This document shows, piece by piece, positions 1 to 8,895 of a stretch of DNA of 64,000 nt. The DNA is from a virus. Lineage: Duplodnaviria > Caudoviricetes. The notes beneath the pieces were generated by a model. It saw nothing but the letters and a program-made list of their open reading frames with translations. It was not told where the DNA came from and did no database searches. Location of the stretch: positions 1 through 64,000 of IMG/VR virus record IMGVR_UViG_3300043676_000014; one strand, given 5' to 3'. Position 1 is the stretch's first letter, and each line of letters starts with the position of its first letter. The position numbers and the translations under genes are program-made.

Positions 1-134
1 GGCTATACGACCGACCGCATCACCGCCGGAAAGTATACCCGTGCGGAAGCCGAGGCGGAATGCCGGCGCGTCCCCCATGAGCTTGAGATGGTTTGTCCCG
101 ATGGCAGCCACGTCGCCTTTGATCGGAGGGTCGC

Positions 135-386
135 GTGACCGACCAAACCGAAATCCACAACCGCCTCGCTGGTGAGATCGTCCGTCAGATCGTGAAGCCA
201 CCGCTTGATGCTGGAGGCGAGTTCACTGACGTTCTCATTCTGTTGGAGTCGGTAATTCTAGGCGTGATGTTGATCGCAGTGAAGTTGGGCGGCGATGAAA
301 TCGTACTGGATTTGATCGTCGATCGAGTCAGGGAGCGATTGGCGGAGCAGAGGTTGGCTGGTCTCGATATGAAGGGAAATGCCTGA
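135..386 (+). CDS. Hypothetical phage protein
   Basis: GGAGG upstream of GTG; translationally coupled to the next ORF. Confidence 0.7.
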   Translation: MTDQTEIHNRLAGEIVRQIVKPPLDAGGEFTDVLILLESVILGVMLIAVKLGGDEIVLDLIVDRVRERLAEQRLAGLDMKGNA

Positions 387-862
387 TGGGCGACGCATTT
401 CAGGGTTGGGCGGCATGGCACCCCGAGAAGGGCTTTGGGCAGACGCCCCATGCGTGCGGAAGCATCGATGACGCAATTGAAGACGCTGAATGTCAAACGA
501 TCTTGGACGATGACCCGGCATGGAAAGCCGTTCGCGTTGATGTCAGAAGAGTAATCCCGCCCGCATGGGACGCTTATCACAATCGTTCCTATGAGCCGGT
601 GGAGCTACGGGCCGCCGAAATCTACGAGGGTTTCGAATACGACGGGCCTGGACAAAAGCCGGCTTGGACGCCTCACGGCAACGGCAACAAGCAGGATGAA
701 GCCCGGAGCTTGGCGCGCAAACTCCTGCGCGACGCAGGTCACGTTCCGACTGTCTCGACGGAAGGCGGAGGAGTGTCTAAATGCCCACCGATTACCCAAA
801 GCCCATTCGCGTCACGATCTCCGATCCGGAGACCGGAGCCGAGCTCGAATCGCGAGTGCTGA
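386..862 (+). CDS. Hypothetical phage protein
   Basis: Start overlaps previous stop (TGATG); 3' end overlaps next ORF. Confidence 0.55.
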   Translation: MGDAFQGWAAWHPEKGFGQTPHACGSIDDAIEDAECQTILDDDPAWKAVRVDVRRVIPPAWDAYHNRSYEPVELRAAEIYEGFEYDGPGQKPAWTPHGNGNKQDEARSLARKLLRDAGHVPTVSTEGGGVSKCPPITQSPFASRSPIRRPEPSSNREC

Positions 863-1074
863 CGAACGACTACGTCATCATCACCGCAGGCAACAGGTAT
901 GTGAAAAACATCCGGCTGTTCGGAAAGACCAACGTCATTTCCGTAGCGGTGGAAAAGCCGTTGCCGGAGCACACAGTTGATTATGCGGCGACAACGAAGT
1001 CTCGAATCGTTCCGCCGCCGCCTGCACCAACCACGATTGAAAAGGGCGGTATGCCCCGATTTGGGAAAGATTGA
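781..1074 (+). CDS. Hypothetical phage protein
   Basis: GGAGGAG RBS upstream; abuts next ORF. Confidence 0.6.
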   Translation: MPTDYPKPIRVTISDPETGAELESRVLTNDYVIITAGNRYVKNIRLFGKTNVISVAVEKPLPEHTVDYAATTKSRIVPPPPAPTTIEKGGMPRFGKD

Positions 1075-1770
1075 ATGCCCCAACGCGCGCCCGACATCGA
1101 TGAACTGACGCCAGAAATGGCCGAGCTTTTGCGCGCGGGCGCCAATCATAACCACGGCCTCATCTGCATCCCAGGACAGGTGCAGAAGCATTGGAAAATC
1201 CTGCGTCAAGCGGAGCGTCTCGGATATTTGAGATTTTTAGATATAGAACGTCCGTGGATTACGGAAGCCGGCCGCGCTGCGATCGGCGAACCGACCGAGA
1301 TGGAATCGGACTATCGCCGTCGCGTTGAGCTTTTTAGTTCCCTCAACAAGCGCAAGCCACTGATACCGACTCCGGCCAAGGATCCGCGGACTGACTTCGA
1401 TTACCGCTCCTACAAATCCTGCGGCTACGTCTGTGTGCTTGCGGTAAAACTGCCGGACGATCGTCCCAATGCACGAACCATCAAGGTTGGACGTCCCGGA
1501 TCGAGCGAGCATCACTTCTTCGGCTCCGGAAATTCAATCATCCAACCCGAGAGCGAAGGACGCTTCGTCCTAGCCGTGATGCCGGACTGGCTGCAGCGCC
1601 GTTTGAAATTCCTCACCTACCCGCTTGCGCTACCGGATGACGGGGACTGGACCGATGACGAACGCGCAATATGGGAGCGGCTGACGCGCGTCTGCATCAG
1701 CATCAATTCTCGGATTCAAAATGCGGGCCGGAAGGTTCATGAGAGCAGGCGTTATGGAGAGACGGCATGA
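1075..1770 (+). CDS. Hypothetical phage protein
   Basis: 231-aa ORF in a tightly packed + strand operon. Confidence 0.7.
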   Translation: MPQRAPDIDELTPEMAELLRAGANHNHGLICIPGQVQKHWKILRQAERLGYLRFLDIERPWITEAGRAAIGEPTEMESDYRRRVELFSSLNKRKPLIPTPAKDPRTDFDYRSYKSCGYVCVLAVKLPDDRPNARTIKVGRPGSSEHHFFGSGNSIIQPESEGRFVLAVMPDWLQRRLKFLTYPLALPDDGDWTDDERAIWERLTRVCISINSRIQNAGRKVHESRRYGETA

Positions 1771-1982
1771 CGAACGTCATCCAATTCCCCCGCGTCAATG
1801 GCGCAGAAGCGTCAGGGCGCTCGATGCCAGGACTTACGACACCTGAGTTACGCGCTCGTGCAATTCTGAATTTTTATTCGGACGAACGCCGAAGGAATGT
1901 CGACTCGTTAACCGCATGGGAACGGTCACAGGAATTCGGACGCGATCTGGATCGCATCTGGAAAATAATGAGCGAGGGCTGA
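1767..1982 (+). CDS. Hypothetical phage protein
   Basis: ATGA overlap; starts MTNVIQFP, a common phage small-ORF N-terminus. Confidence 0.6.
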   Translation: MTNVIQFPRVNGAEASGRSMPGLTTPELRARAILNFYSDERRRNVDSLTAWERSQEFGRDLDRIWKIMSEG

Positions 1983-1983
1983 A

Positions 1984-2214
1984 ATGGAATTCGTGCTGGT
2001 CTTCGCTCTCATTCTCATCGCCGCTATTGGCGGTGGCGTCATCGTATGGGCGTGGACACGAGACCGGGAGGATCCAGTTGAGAGGCTGTTGAGGCGGACT
2101 TTCGTTAACGACGGCGTTCTTCATATCAAGGGAGGCCCGTTAACATCGGAGCAGGCGCGGGAAATCAAGGACGCATGGGAGCGGCAATATCCGTTTCGAA
2201 GGAGGGCGTTCTGA
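1984..2214 (+). CDS. Small membrane-anchored protein
   Basis: N-terminal hydrophobic helix; GAGG RBS. Confidence 0.6.
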   Translation: MEFVLVFALILIAAIGGGVIVWAWTRDREDPVERLLRRTFVNDGVLHIKGGPLTSEQAREIKDAWERQYPFRRRAF

Positions 2215-2528
2215 TGGCGGAGTTAACCGTATTGCTGCTCGCGCTCGTTGTTTGGCCGTTTGTTGCGATGTGGCGAGCCTACGCAATTATCGTCCTGTGG
2301 GGATGGTTTGTATCTCCGGTCACCAACATTCCCGCGCCGTCAATCTATTTCACCGTGGGGATGATGATGGTGCTGGCTTTGATATTGCCGCACCGAAAGC
2401 ATCCGAAAGAAGAAGGCGATCCGATCGCAAATTACATCGGCAACGTTGCGGCCTACGGCTTCATTTTGCCAGCGCTCGCCATTGGTTTCGGCTGGGTGTG
2501 GAAGTGGCTGCAATGGGGGGTGGCGTAA
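2214..2528 (+). CDS. Membrane protein (about 3 TM)
   Basis: Start taken at MAELTV (TGATG overlap, GGAGG RBS); hydrophobic segments. Confidence 0.65.
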   Translation: MAELTVLLLALVVWPFVAMWRAYAIIVLWGWFVSPVTNIPAPSIYFTVGMMMVLALILPHRKHPKEEGDPIANYIGNVAAYGFILPALAIGFGWVWKWLQWGVA

Positions 2529-2743
2529 TGGTGTGGCTAGGTCGACCTAACTGCCAGCATCTCGATAACTATCGAGCCTGTCGAATTTTGCACGATCAGA
2601 ATCGTATCCAGCGATTCTTCGGCGTCCGACCGAATTGCATTCTCGATCAGCAGATGCCGCCGCAAGACGGCGAATGGACCTGTGATGAACAGAAACCGTA
2701 TCCGCGCCCGGCGCCGCCAGCACCTATGTCGAGGAAACAATGA
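2528..2743 (+). CDS. Small Cys-containing hypothetical protein
   Basis: TAATG overlap, start MVWLGRPNC; coupled to the HNH gene. Confidence 0.45.
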   Translation: MVWLGRPNCQHLDNYRACRILHDQNRIQRFFGVRPNCILDQQMPPQDGEWTCDEQKPYPRPAPPAPMSRKQ

Positions 2744-3105
2744 GTCGCACGGTCCAGGAATGGGTGGCGAAACATGACGACGCGCGCATCCCGCCGCACG
2801 TCAAGGATAGAATATTTAAGCGTTGTGACGAGCGCTGCCAGCAGTGTCGCCGCAAACTGGATGGAATCAATAAGCCGGAGTTCGACCATATCGTTGCTTT
2901 GATCAACGACGGGCGTCACGCTGAATTCAACCTACAAACACTCTGCGACCTTTGTCATGGAGTCAAAACAAAATCGGACGTTGGCCTGAAGTCTCGCGTC
3001 TACCAAAAGCGTGCAAGGCATCTTGGCCTAAAGGGGCCGCGGCGCACGATACCAGGGAGACGCTTTGACGGAACACCTATCCCTTCACGTTGGGTGAATT
3101 CATGA
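2740..3105 (+). CDS. HNH endonuclease
   Basis: CQQC...EFDHIVAL...NLQTLCDLCH..KT, the classic HNH/zinc pattern. Confidence 0.9.
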   Translation: MSRTVQEWVAKHDDARIPPHVKDRIFKRCDERCQQCRRKLDGINKPEFDHIVALINDGRHAEFNLQTLCDLCHGVKTKSDVGLKSRVYQKRARHLGLKGPRRTIPGRRFDGTPIPSRWVNS

Positions 3106-3181
3106 TGGGCCGAGAACAGGAAGTGCTGAACGATCTTCGCCTGAAATATGGTGTTGCCGGCCGGCCGATAGAGAGGCGAAC

Positions 3182-3412
3182 GTGATGAAATTCAGCTTTT
3201 ATAACATGTGCGACTATTTCGAATATCTGGACGATCTTCGATCGTCTGGAGCAACAAATATGTTCGGTGCCGCGCCATATCTGGCGGCCGAATATCCAGA
3301 CCTCGGAATTGTTCAAGCGCGGCACGTCTTAAAGCTATGGGCCGACACATTCTCTGGCGAGCCGCTAGAGGACCGTGTTCACGCTGCGCAATCCTTGAAG
3401 GCCCCCGCATAG
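3182..3412 (+). CDS. Conserved-type phage hypothetical protein
   Basis: LDDLRSSGATNMFGAAPYL motif, recognised from small phage proteins of unknown function. Confidence 0.65.
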   Translation: MMKFSFYNMCDYFEYLDDLRSSGATNMFGAAPYLAAEYPDLGIVQARHVLKLWADTFSGEPLEDRVHAAQSLKAPA

Positions 3413-3416
3413 GAGA

Positions 3417-3614
3417 ATGAGAATGCCGTTTCCTATTGGAGACTGTCCTTATTGCCGGTGCGAGTATCGCATCAAGCCGGATTATGCTGGCGGATTTATG
3501 CTCGCTTGCGAGTGTCCTCCGGCTGCAACTTTTACGACAGACAACACGGCGGGTAGTCATAGCGTTCAATATCAAGCCCTCGTCCGCGCTCGTAAAGCAG
3601 CACAAGCATCATGA
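3417..3614 (+). CDS. Small zinc-finger-like protein
   Basis: CPYC...CEC; AGGAG RBS. Confidence 0.5.
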   Translation: MRMPFPIGDCPYCRCEYRIKPDYAGGFMLACECPPAATFTTDNTAGSHSVQYQALVRARKAAQAS

Positions 3615-4261
3615 CTCCATCCAACAAAGATGCCGGAAGCGCGCTGGGGGATGAGCTGAAGCGCATTCGCCGCGAGCTTGGCGGTTTCGACTACTCGGAT
3701 GTTGAAACCCACATTGCGAGCAGGCTGCTGTCTGCTGGGTACACCCGCTCCCCAGCACCCTCCGGGGAAATGGGGAGGGAGACGGCCTATTGCGGCGATC
3801 AGCGCAAAATCGAAGTCAGCATGGCCGCATGGGATGGCATCACGCATTACCTCAAAGCCCTACACAAGGAGGGCGCGGTTGACGATACAAAGATGAAATT
3901 CGCGGCTTATTTTCCCCTAGAGCACTGCATGACGCTTTGGGGAATTGATCCGTACAAGGTTCAACATGATCCAGCCGCCCTTCAGCCCGGAGCACAGGAC
4001 GCGGCGGGGGAGTGGTGCCCGATCGACGACGCGGCGCGCGACGGCCGCGAAGTGCTGCTGCGTCGAATGCCCGATGGCCCAATCTATGCCGGTTATTACG
4101 GTCTTGCCAGCATGGCATTTGGTGCCGGGGCCAGTACGAATTACCCATGGACGGTTTTGGATAACACCAACGGCGTGAACCATCTGCGCGATGGTGGCGA
4201 GCGTGGCGTCACACATTATGCCGCACTCCAGTCATCGGCCCGTGGGTCGGAGGTGAAGTAG
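3611..4261 (+). CDS. Hypothetical protein with C-terminal DUF551-like segment
   Basis: WCPIDDAARDGREVLL...THY pattern. Confidence 0.6.
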   Translation: MTPSNKDAGSALGDELKRIRRELGGFDYSDVETHIASRLLSAGYTRSPAPSGEMGRETAYCGDQRKIEVSMAAWDGITHYLKALHKEGAVDDTKMKFAAYFPLEHCMTLWGIDPYKVQHDPAALQPGAQDAAGEWCPIDDAARDGREVLLRRMPDGPIYAGYYGLASMAFGAGASTNYPWTVLDNTNGVNHLRDGGERGVTHYAALQSSARGSEVK

Positions 4262-4471
4262 ATGGCTGACGACCGAGAGCGTTGCATATTGCAGAACCAA
4301 ATCGAGATCATGGGTGCCCTTACACTACTGCTGAGGTACGCCAAGCCTGACCTAATCGGAAAAGCAGGCGAACTGGATAGACAGCGTGACGATTTATTCC
4401 AGCGTCACAAAGCTACTATGAGCGCTCTTGCATCCCCGCAACCGTCATCCATTCCAGCGAAGGGGAGTTAA
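4262..4471 (+). CDS. Hypothetical protein
   Basis: GGAGG RBS, in operon. Confidence 0.6.
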   Translation: MADDRERCILQNQIEIMGALTLLLRYAKPDLIGKAGELDRQRDDLFQRHKATMSALASPQPSSIPAKGS

Positions 4472-4474
4472 CGG

Positions 4475-4660
4475 ATGCTCCGCTGGCTCAAACAATTATG
4501 GTGCGCGCACCATAGCCATCCATATCGGACGATCACCGTTCCGATTGTTGGCCAGCGACCGGGAAATCCCGATCTTGACGAAACGTACTGCACGAATTGC
4601 GGCGCGCTTCTCCTGAGTGAATGGACGGATAACACCGGAACAGAAAGACGAACGCCATGA
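4475..4660 (+). CDS. Small zinc-finger-like protein
   Basis: CAHH...CTNC; GGAG RBS. Confidence 0.55.
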   Translation: MLRWLKQLWCAHHSHPYRTITVPIVGQRPGNPDLDETYCTNCGALLLSEWTDNTGTERRTP

Positions 4661-5019
4661 CCACTCCAGATTCGATCCGTGAAGCGGCCGCAAATGCCAT
4701 TCGGACATTTTGTCAGAGTTTAGGCGCGGGCACGGTTGCGGTGTCGTCAGATGGCGTGGAGCGCATTTACTACGCCGGCCTGTCACTTGACGCTCTCTCA
4801 GTTGCGGTCGCGCTCGCCCTCTCCGCCGCAAAGACTGATCGGGATGGGGTGATCGAGGCGCGCGAGCAAGCCTTTTACGAATGCCTTGGAATTATTGACG
4901 AGCATTTGAACGGACACACTGGGCCACAGTATAGAGCAGCCTGTGAAAACATCGGCAGGCAAATCGTTGCCCTCAAATATGCCCTCAGATCCCCGGCACA
5001 GGAAGGCCCCAAGCCATGA
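4657..5019 (+). CDS. Hypothetical protein
   Basis: ATGA overlaps at both ends; ends QEGPKP. Confidence 0.6.
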   Translation: MTTPDSIREAAANAIRTFCQSLGAGTVAVSSDGVERIYYAGLSLDALSVAVALALSAAKTDRDGVIEAREQAFYECLGIIDEHLNGHTGPQYRAACENIGRQIVALKYALRSPAQEGPKP

Positions 5020-5162
5020 TACCAACTGAGGTTGCAGCCATCGCCGATCTGATCTTTCCGCAGTGGACGGAAACGGACGACATTGCCTTGAATGAGGTTC
5101 TTGAGGCCGCGTGGCGTATTTACCGCGCGGGCTATCGCAGACAGGAAGGCCCCAAGCCATGA
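4998..5162 (+). repeat. 22-bp direct repeat ACAGGAAGGCCCCAAGCCATGA (4998-5019 and 5141-5162)
   Basis: Exact duplicate read from the sequence. Confidence 0.9.
5016..5162 (+). CDS. 48-aa hypothetical protein (not in ORF track)
   Basis: MIPTEVAAIADLIF...QEGPKP; ATGA-coupled at both ends. Confidence 0.6.
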   Translation: MIPTEVAAIADLIFPQWTETDDIALNEVLEAAWRIYRAGYRRQEGPKP

Positions 5163-5368
5163 CGACGCATGCGACGCGAATTGAACTTCTGAAAATTCAT
5201 TTGGCGTTGGACGACGCACTGGGCGATACCGACGTTACGCACATCGAAAGCGACGAAGAGATGCGTGAAGGACATCCCGTTCAATGGGCCGCACAAGAAC
5301 TCATGAAGATCATAGATCGGTTGCCCGTGAAGATAACCATGTCGCCACCGCGAAAGCGCAAGCCATGA
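5159..5368 (+). CDS. Hypothetical protein
   Basis: Start MTTHATRIEL, ATGA overlap. Confidence 0.6.
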   Translation: MTTHATRIELLKIHLALDDALGDTDVTHIESDEEMREGHPVQWAAQELMKIIDRLPVKITMSPPRKRKP

Positions 5369-5598
5369 CGCAATACGAATATGTCCGGCGAACCTACGAT
5401 GTTGATCCGGTTGTTGGGCAGCGCGTGACGCACACCGTTACCGGCAAGAGCGGCGTCATAGCCCGTGAGGACAGGAGCCAGGGCCACTACGTCAAGGTGC
5501 GCTTTGACGGGCAGAAGCACACCCTGCCATGCCACCCCACCGAACTCGACTATGCCGCCGGTCGCGACGCCCTCAGCCGTGCTGGGGATGGGACATGA
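5365..5598 (+). CDS. Conserved-type phage hypothetical protein (SH3-like)
   Basis: Start MTQYEYVRRTY...VRFDG...CHP; ATGA overlap. Confidence 0.65.
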   Translation: MTQYEYVRRTYDVDPVVGQRVTHTVTGKSGVIAREDRSQGHYVKVRFDGQKHTLPCHPTELDYAAGRDALSRAGDGT

Positions 5599-5801
5599 GC
5601 CTGAGAGAAAAAATACGGCAGGCAATGTGCCTCCATTGGTTTGACCCGCCGACGACGCGCGAGTTCTCCGAGTATGTCGGCGCAATCATATGCTGCCAAC
5701 AGAAGTCATATCGCGTCACGGCGGAAACCCGCGTTTGCAGCAAATGCGGCCTGACCGACAGCCGGAAGATCGGCGATCCTGTTTTCGAAGGATGGGACTG
5801 A
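5595..5801 (+). CDS. Small zinc-finger-like protein
   Basis: MSLREK...CLH...CSKC; ATGA overlap. Confidence 0.5.
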   Translation: MSLREKIRQAMCLHWFDPPTTREFSEYVGAIICCQQKSYRVTAETRVCSKCGLTDSRKIGDPVFEGWD

Positions 5802-5867
5802 CATGAGTGAAACTCCCACCCCGAGCCAAGCCATGACCCGGCCGCTGAGCATGGAACGGTTGCCGCG

Positions 5868-6059
5868 ATGAGCCGGGCTGTCACGTTCACGCAAGCCCAG
5901 GTCCGCCGTGCCGTCAAGGCAGCGGAGAACGCCGGCCTGAGGGTTAAGAGCGTGACGGTCAAGCCAGACGGAAGCATTACGGTAGATAGCGGGGAAAACG
6001 AGGTCCGGTCTATGGACAGCCCGAAATTGTCGGTCGCAGCGTCATGGGATGACGCATGA
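5868..6059 (+). CDS. Excisionase/recombination directionality factor-like protein
   Basis: Small basic ORF (TFTQAQVRRAVKAA) coupled directly to the integrase, an arrangement typical of alphaproteobacterial phages. Confidence 0.55.
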   Translation: MSRAVTFTQAQVRRAVKAAENAGLRVKSVTVKPDGSITVDSGENEVRSMDSPKLSVAASWDDA

Positions 6060-7084
6060 TGGGGCGGACAATGGCAGTTCTCAAGCTAAGGTATGTGAAC
6101 GAATACCGCGACCGCACGGGCAAGCTACGGCGCTATTTCAGGCGCGGTGAGGTGCGAGGCCCCCTGCCGGGCGAACCGGGATCGGCCGAGTTCATGGCGG
6201 CATATCAGGCATTGCTTGGCGAAAAACCTGCCCCGACCCTGAAAATCAGCGGGAGTTTAGGTCTGCTGATAACCGAGTTCTACGCCTCGCGCGCTTTTCG
6301 TAATCTAAAGGCATCTAGCAAACAGACCTACCGCGCCGCGCTTGAGCCTATCGCCAAGACCCACGGGCACCGAACCGCCCAGATCACCCATCGGCAAGCC
6401 GCCAAGTTAATCGCTGATATTGGCGAGACTAAGCCTGCAATGGCAAACCTTACCAAGCGTGTTTTGCAGGCGGTCTATAAATACGCGGTTAAGGCGGGAT
6501 GGGTGGATGCAAATCCGATTATCGGAATCGACCCGTTCAAAACCGGGACGCACCACACATGGACCGAGGGTGAGCTTCAAACCTTTGAGGCTAAATGGCC
6601 CTTAGGAACGCGCCAACGCCTCGCCTATGCGCTGTTGCTTTACTCTACCCAGAGAGTCGGGGATGTCGCCAAAATGCACAGGTCCGATCTTGTGGCCGGG
6701 GAACTGCACGTCATTCAGCAAAAGACTGGGAAGGAATTGTATCTGCCGTTCGTGGAGGAAATGCAGCGGGCATTAGCGGCTATCCCGGCGCGGGGATTGA
6801 CACTGTTCGCCCGCACGGACGGCAAGCCGATGACGCGCGCCGGGTTGACCCGGTTCATGGCCGACGCAATCGAGAAAGCTGAGTTGCCGGCCAAGTGTGT
6901 CAGCCACGGGCTACGGAAAGCCGGGATGCGCCGAATGGCCGAGGCCGGAAAGAGCGTCAATCAGATCGCGTCCGTATCCGGCCATAAGTCTTTACGCGAG
7001 GTGCAGCGATATACCGAGGCGGCGGACCAAAGGCGGATGGCGCGGGATGCGATGGGGAACAAAAAGCGTTTAACGACTGACTAA
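6056..7084 (+). CDS. int: Tyrosine recombinase / phage integrase
   Basis: Catalytic residues QRVGD (R), QKT (K), HGLRK (HxxR), SGH and RY; N-terminal arm-binding region. Confidence 0.95.
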   Translation: MMGRTMAVLKLRYVNEYRDRTGKLRRYFRRGEVRGPLPGEPGSAEFMAAYQALLGEKPAPTLKISGSLGLLITEFYASRAFRNLKASSKQTYRAALEPIAKTHGHRTAQITHRQAAKLIADIGETKPAMANLTKRVLQAVYKYAVKAGWVDANPIIGIDPFKTGTHHTWTEGELQTFEAKWPLGTRQRLAYALLLYSTQRVGDVAKMHRSDLVAGELHVIQQKTGKELYLPFVEEMQRALAAIPARGLTLFARTDGKPMTRAGLTRFMADAIEKAELPAKCVSHGLRKAGMRRMAEAGKSVNQIASVSGHKSLREVQRYTEAADQRRMARDAMGNKKRLTTD

Positions 7085-7266
7085 TTCGTATTTGGAAGTG
7101 ACTAACCGGGAGCCCAACACATTGAAATGTAATGGTTTTATTTTCATCAATCTTAACGAGCTGTTAGGACGTAACCCAAGCAAATCAGGAACTTGTACTG
7201 CCTAACTGTCCCGAAAAACCCAAACCTAACCCATTGAGATAATTCAGGATGCAAAAAAATGACTAA
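7078..7266. other. Putative attP site
   Basis: AT-rich gap after int; arm-like repeats TGACTAA at 7078, 7099 and 7260 and TGCCTAA at 7199; IHF-like YAA-N4-TTGA sites; candidate core CTTAA-CGAGCTG-TTAGG at 7152-7168. Confidence 0.6.
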
Positions 7267-7289
7267 TTCATCCACCTGAGAACAGGAGA

Positions 7290-7541
7290 GTGAACGTGAA
7301 CGAACAAAGAAAATACATCGGCAAAATGCGCCAGCGCCTCGGGCTTGAACCTGAGGATACAAGTCGCGATGACTACATTGATAAGATGACGCCGCACGAA
7401 CGGCTGCGTCTAATTTGCGGCTGGGAACTTGGCTATGGCGAATGGGCAGACAGCTTTATAGGCTGGGCAAAAGACGCCGGTTTTAAGATTTCAGAGCCCC
7501 GGCCGGCCCCTCCTGTTCCACAGACAGTCACAAGCCGTTGA
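7290..7541 (+). CDS. Hypothetical protein
   Basis: AGGAG RBS. Confidence 0.65.
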   Translation: MNVNEQRKYIGKMRQRLGLEPEDTSRDDYIDKMTPHERLRLICGWELGYGEWADSFIGWAKDAGFKISEPRPAPPVPQTVTSR

Positions 7542-7581
7542 TTTTACTGCGACGTGTTCGATATCACAGGGAGGGGAGCAC

Positions 7582-7767
7582 ATGAGAAGGCGATTCGATT
7601 ATGAGATCAGGCGCAATCCAAAAACGGGGGAACGAGAACAATGGCTAATCGAGGTCGTGGATAAGGATCGACTGGAACACGGCCCTTTCAAATCGTTCGA
7701 GGGCTGCCGAAAAACCATGAACCGGATTAAGAGAATGCATCCAGAGCCGCAACAGCCGGGAGCGTGA
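7582..7767 (+). CDS. Hypothetical protein
   Basis: GGAG RBS. Confidence 0.55.
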   Translation: MRRRFDYEIRRNPKTGEREQWLIEVVDKDRLEHGPFKSFEGCRKTMNRIKRMHPEPQQPGA

Positions 7768-7768
7768 C

Positions 7769-7978
7769 GTGACGACGATAACTATCCCACTTTCCGACTA
7801 TCAGCGCCTCGTCCAACTTGTCGAGTTTGATGACATGCTGGTGATCTGCGAAACTTGCGGGGCTTGGTTGGATCGAGACGATCCGGCAACCGCAACCACA
7901 GATGACTACAATGGGTGCTGGAAAGTCGCCGCTGGTGAGGATAGCGACCGATGCAAATCGTACCGGGTCGTCGAATGA
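7769..7978 (+). CDS. Small Cys-rich protein
   Basis: CETC...C...C. Confidence 0.55.
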   Translation: MTTITIPLSDYQRLVQLVEFDDMLVICETCGAWLDRDDPATATTDDYNGCWKVAAGEDSDRCKSYRVVE

Positions 7979-8022
7979 CCGTTGAATTTGTTCTGACGTG
8001 TTCGATATCGAGGAGATAGGGG

Positions 8023-8232
8023 ATGACGAAGGTGACTGATGCGCAGTTAAGAACACTTGTCGCTCTCGACGAGCATCGCGGCGAGTTCAGGCGGGGCTAT
8101 GGAAAGTCGGCTGCGGCCCTTGCTCGGCGTGGCCTTGCTCGGCGTAAGTTTGTTTCTGATGATGGCGAAACGTTCGTCGCCAAGTTTGCGATTAGCGGAC
8201 CAGGTATTGCCATTCTAGCTGAGCACTTCTGA
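8023..8232 (+). CDS. Small winged-helix-like protein
   Basis: TDAQLRTL...ALARRGLA...ISGPG pattern. Confidence 0.55.
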   Translation: MTKVTDAQLRTLVALDEHRGEFRRGYGKSAAALARRGLARRKFVSDDGETFVAKFAISGPGIAILAEHF

Positions 8233-8246
8233 CCGTTGATTCCGTT

Positions 8247-8474
8247 TTGGAGGATAAGATGAACGCCGAGAATGATTTTCTAACGAGTTGGGAATGTTGG
8301 TGGCTGGCTATGGGCGATCTTTTCGGATGTGTCCGAATTGAAATCGATGGCCCCTTGAGCCGCACAGCTTATCCGCGCGGCCCCTTCGGAGAGTTTTTCA
8401 TGCGCAAGGCCGGGCTTCGAAAGTATGAAGCGCTATACCCCTGTCCCATCGCCCATGCTTCCACTGCACTCTAA
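8247..8474 (+). CDS. Hypothetical protein
   Basis: GGAGG upstream of the internal ATG (~8259). Confidence 0.5.
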   Translation: MEDKMNAENDFLTSWECWWLAMGDLFGCVRIEIDGPLSRTAYPRGPFGEFFMRKAGLRKYEALYPCPIAHASTAL

Positions 8475-8522
8475 GATGTGCTATTTTGTTGATTATTTTG
8501 GTCTCTAACCAAGGAGCTAGAA

Positions 8523-8714
8523 ATGCCCGGAGTTGAGGATTTAGCAGCGCAAGCCTTCGAGAAGCGTGAGCGCGTGCGAATGCTGGAAATGATGAACACG
8601 CCAGTCGATTATGATGAGCGAAAGAAAGCGTTCATCCAACTAGAGCTGGCGAGAAATGAAGCCAATCAGGCAGAGAACGCACTTCGATCCCTAAACCCGT
8701 ATCAGATCACTTGA
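8523..8714 (+). CDS. Hypothetical protein
   Basis: AAGGAG RBS. Confidence 0.6.
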   Translation: MPGVEDLAAQAFEKRERVRMLEMMNTPVDYDERKKAFIQLELARNEANQAENALRSLNPYQIT

Positions 8715-8895
8715 GGCATTTGCGGGCTTCTTTAATCGTCTCCTCCGAATAGCCCTGCTCCCGCGCCCATTTCTCAGCAGCCTTGATGCCCTGCTTTGCA
8801 AACGGCGCGTAGCTCGCCTTCACAATCCAGCAGGGAATGGCTTGCGCGGGGAAGGAGATGAGGAGAGCGACGGTTAGGACAAGGGCGCGGATCAT
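8707..8895 (-). CDS. Small secreted protein
   Basis: Signal peptide ending AQA; two Cys. Confidence 0.6.
   Translation of the reverse strand: MIRALVLTVALLISFPAQAIPCWIVKASYAPFAKQGIKAAEKWAREQGYSEETIKEARKCLK

Larger units (their letters stand above)
7535..8009 (+). promoter_or_regulatory. Duplicated 31-bp element CCGTTGA-N9-GACGTGTTCGATATC (7535-7565, 7979-8009), promoter-like
   Basis: Identical spacing in both copies; each sits between a stop codon and an RBS. Confidence 0.6.

Noticed and set aside
7990-8003. Alphaproteobacterial LexA box GTTC-N7-GTTC
   Set aside because: Spacing here is N6, and the sister copy at 7535 lacks the first GTTC.
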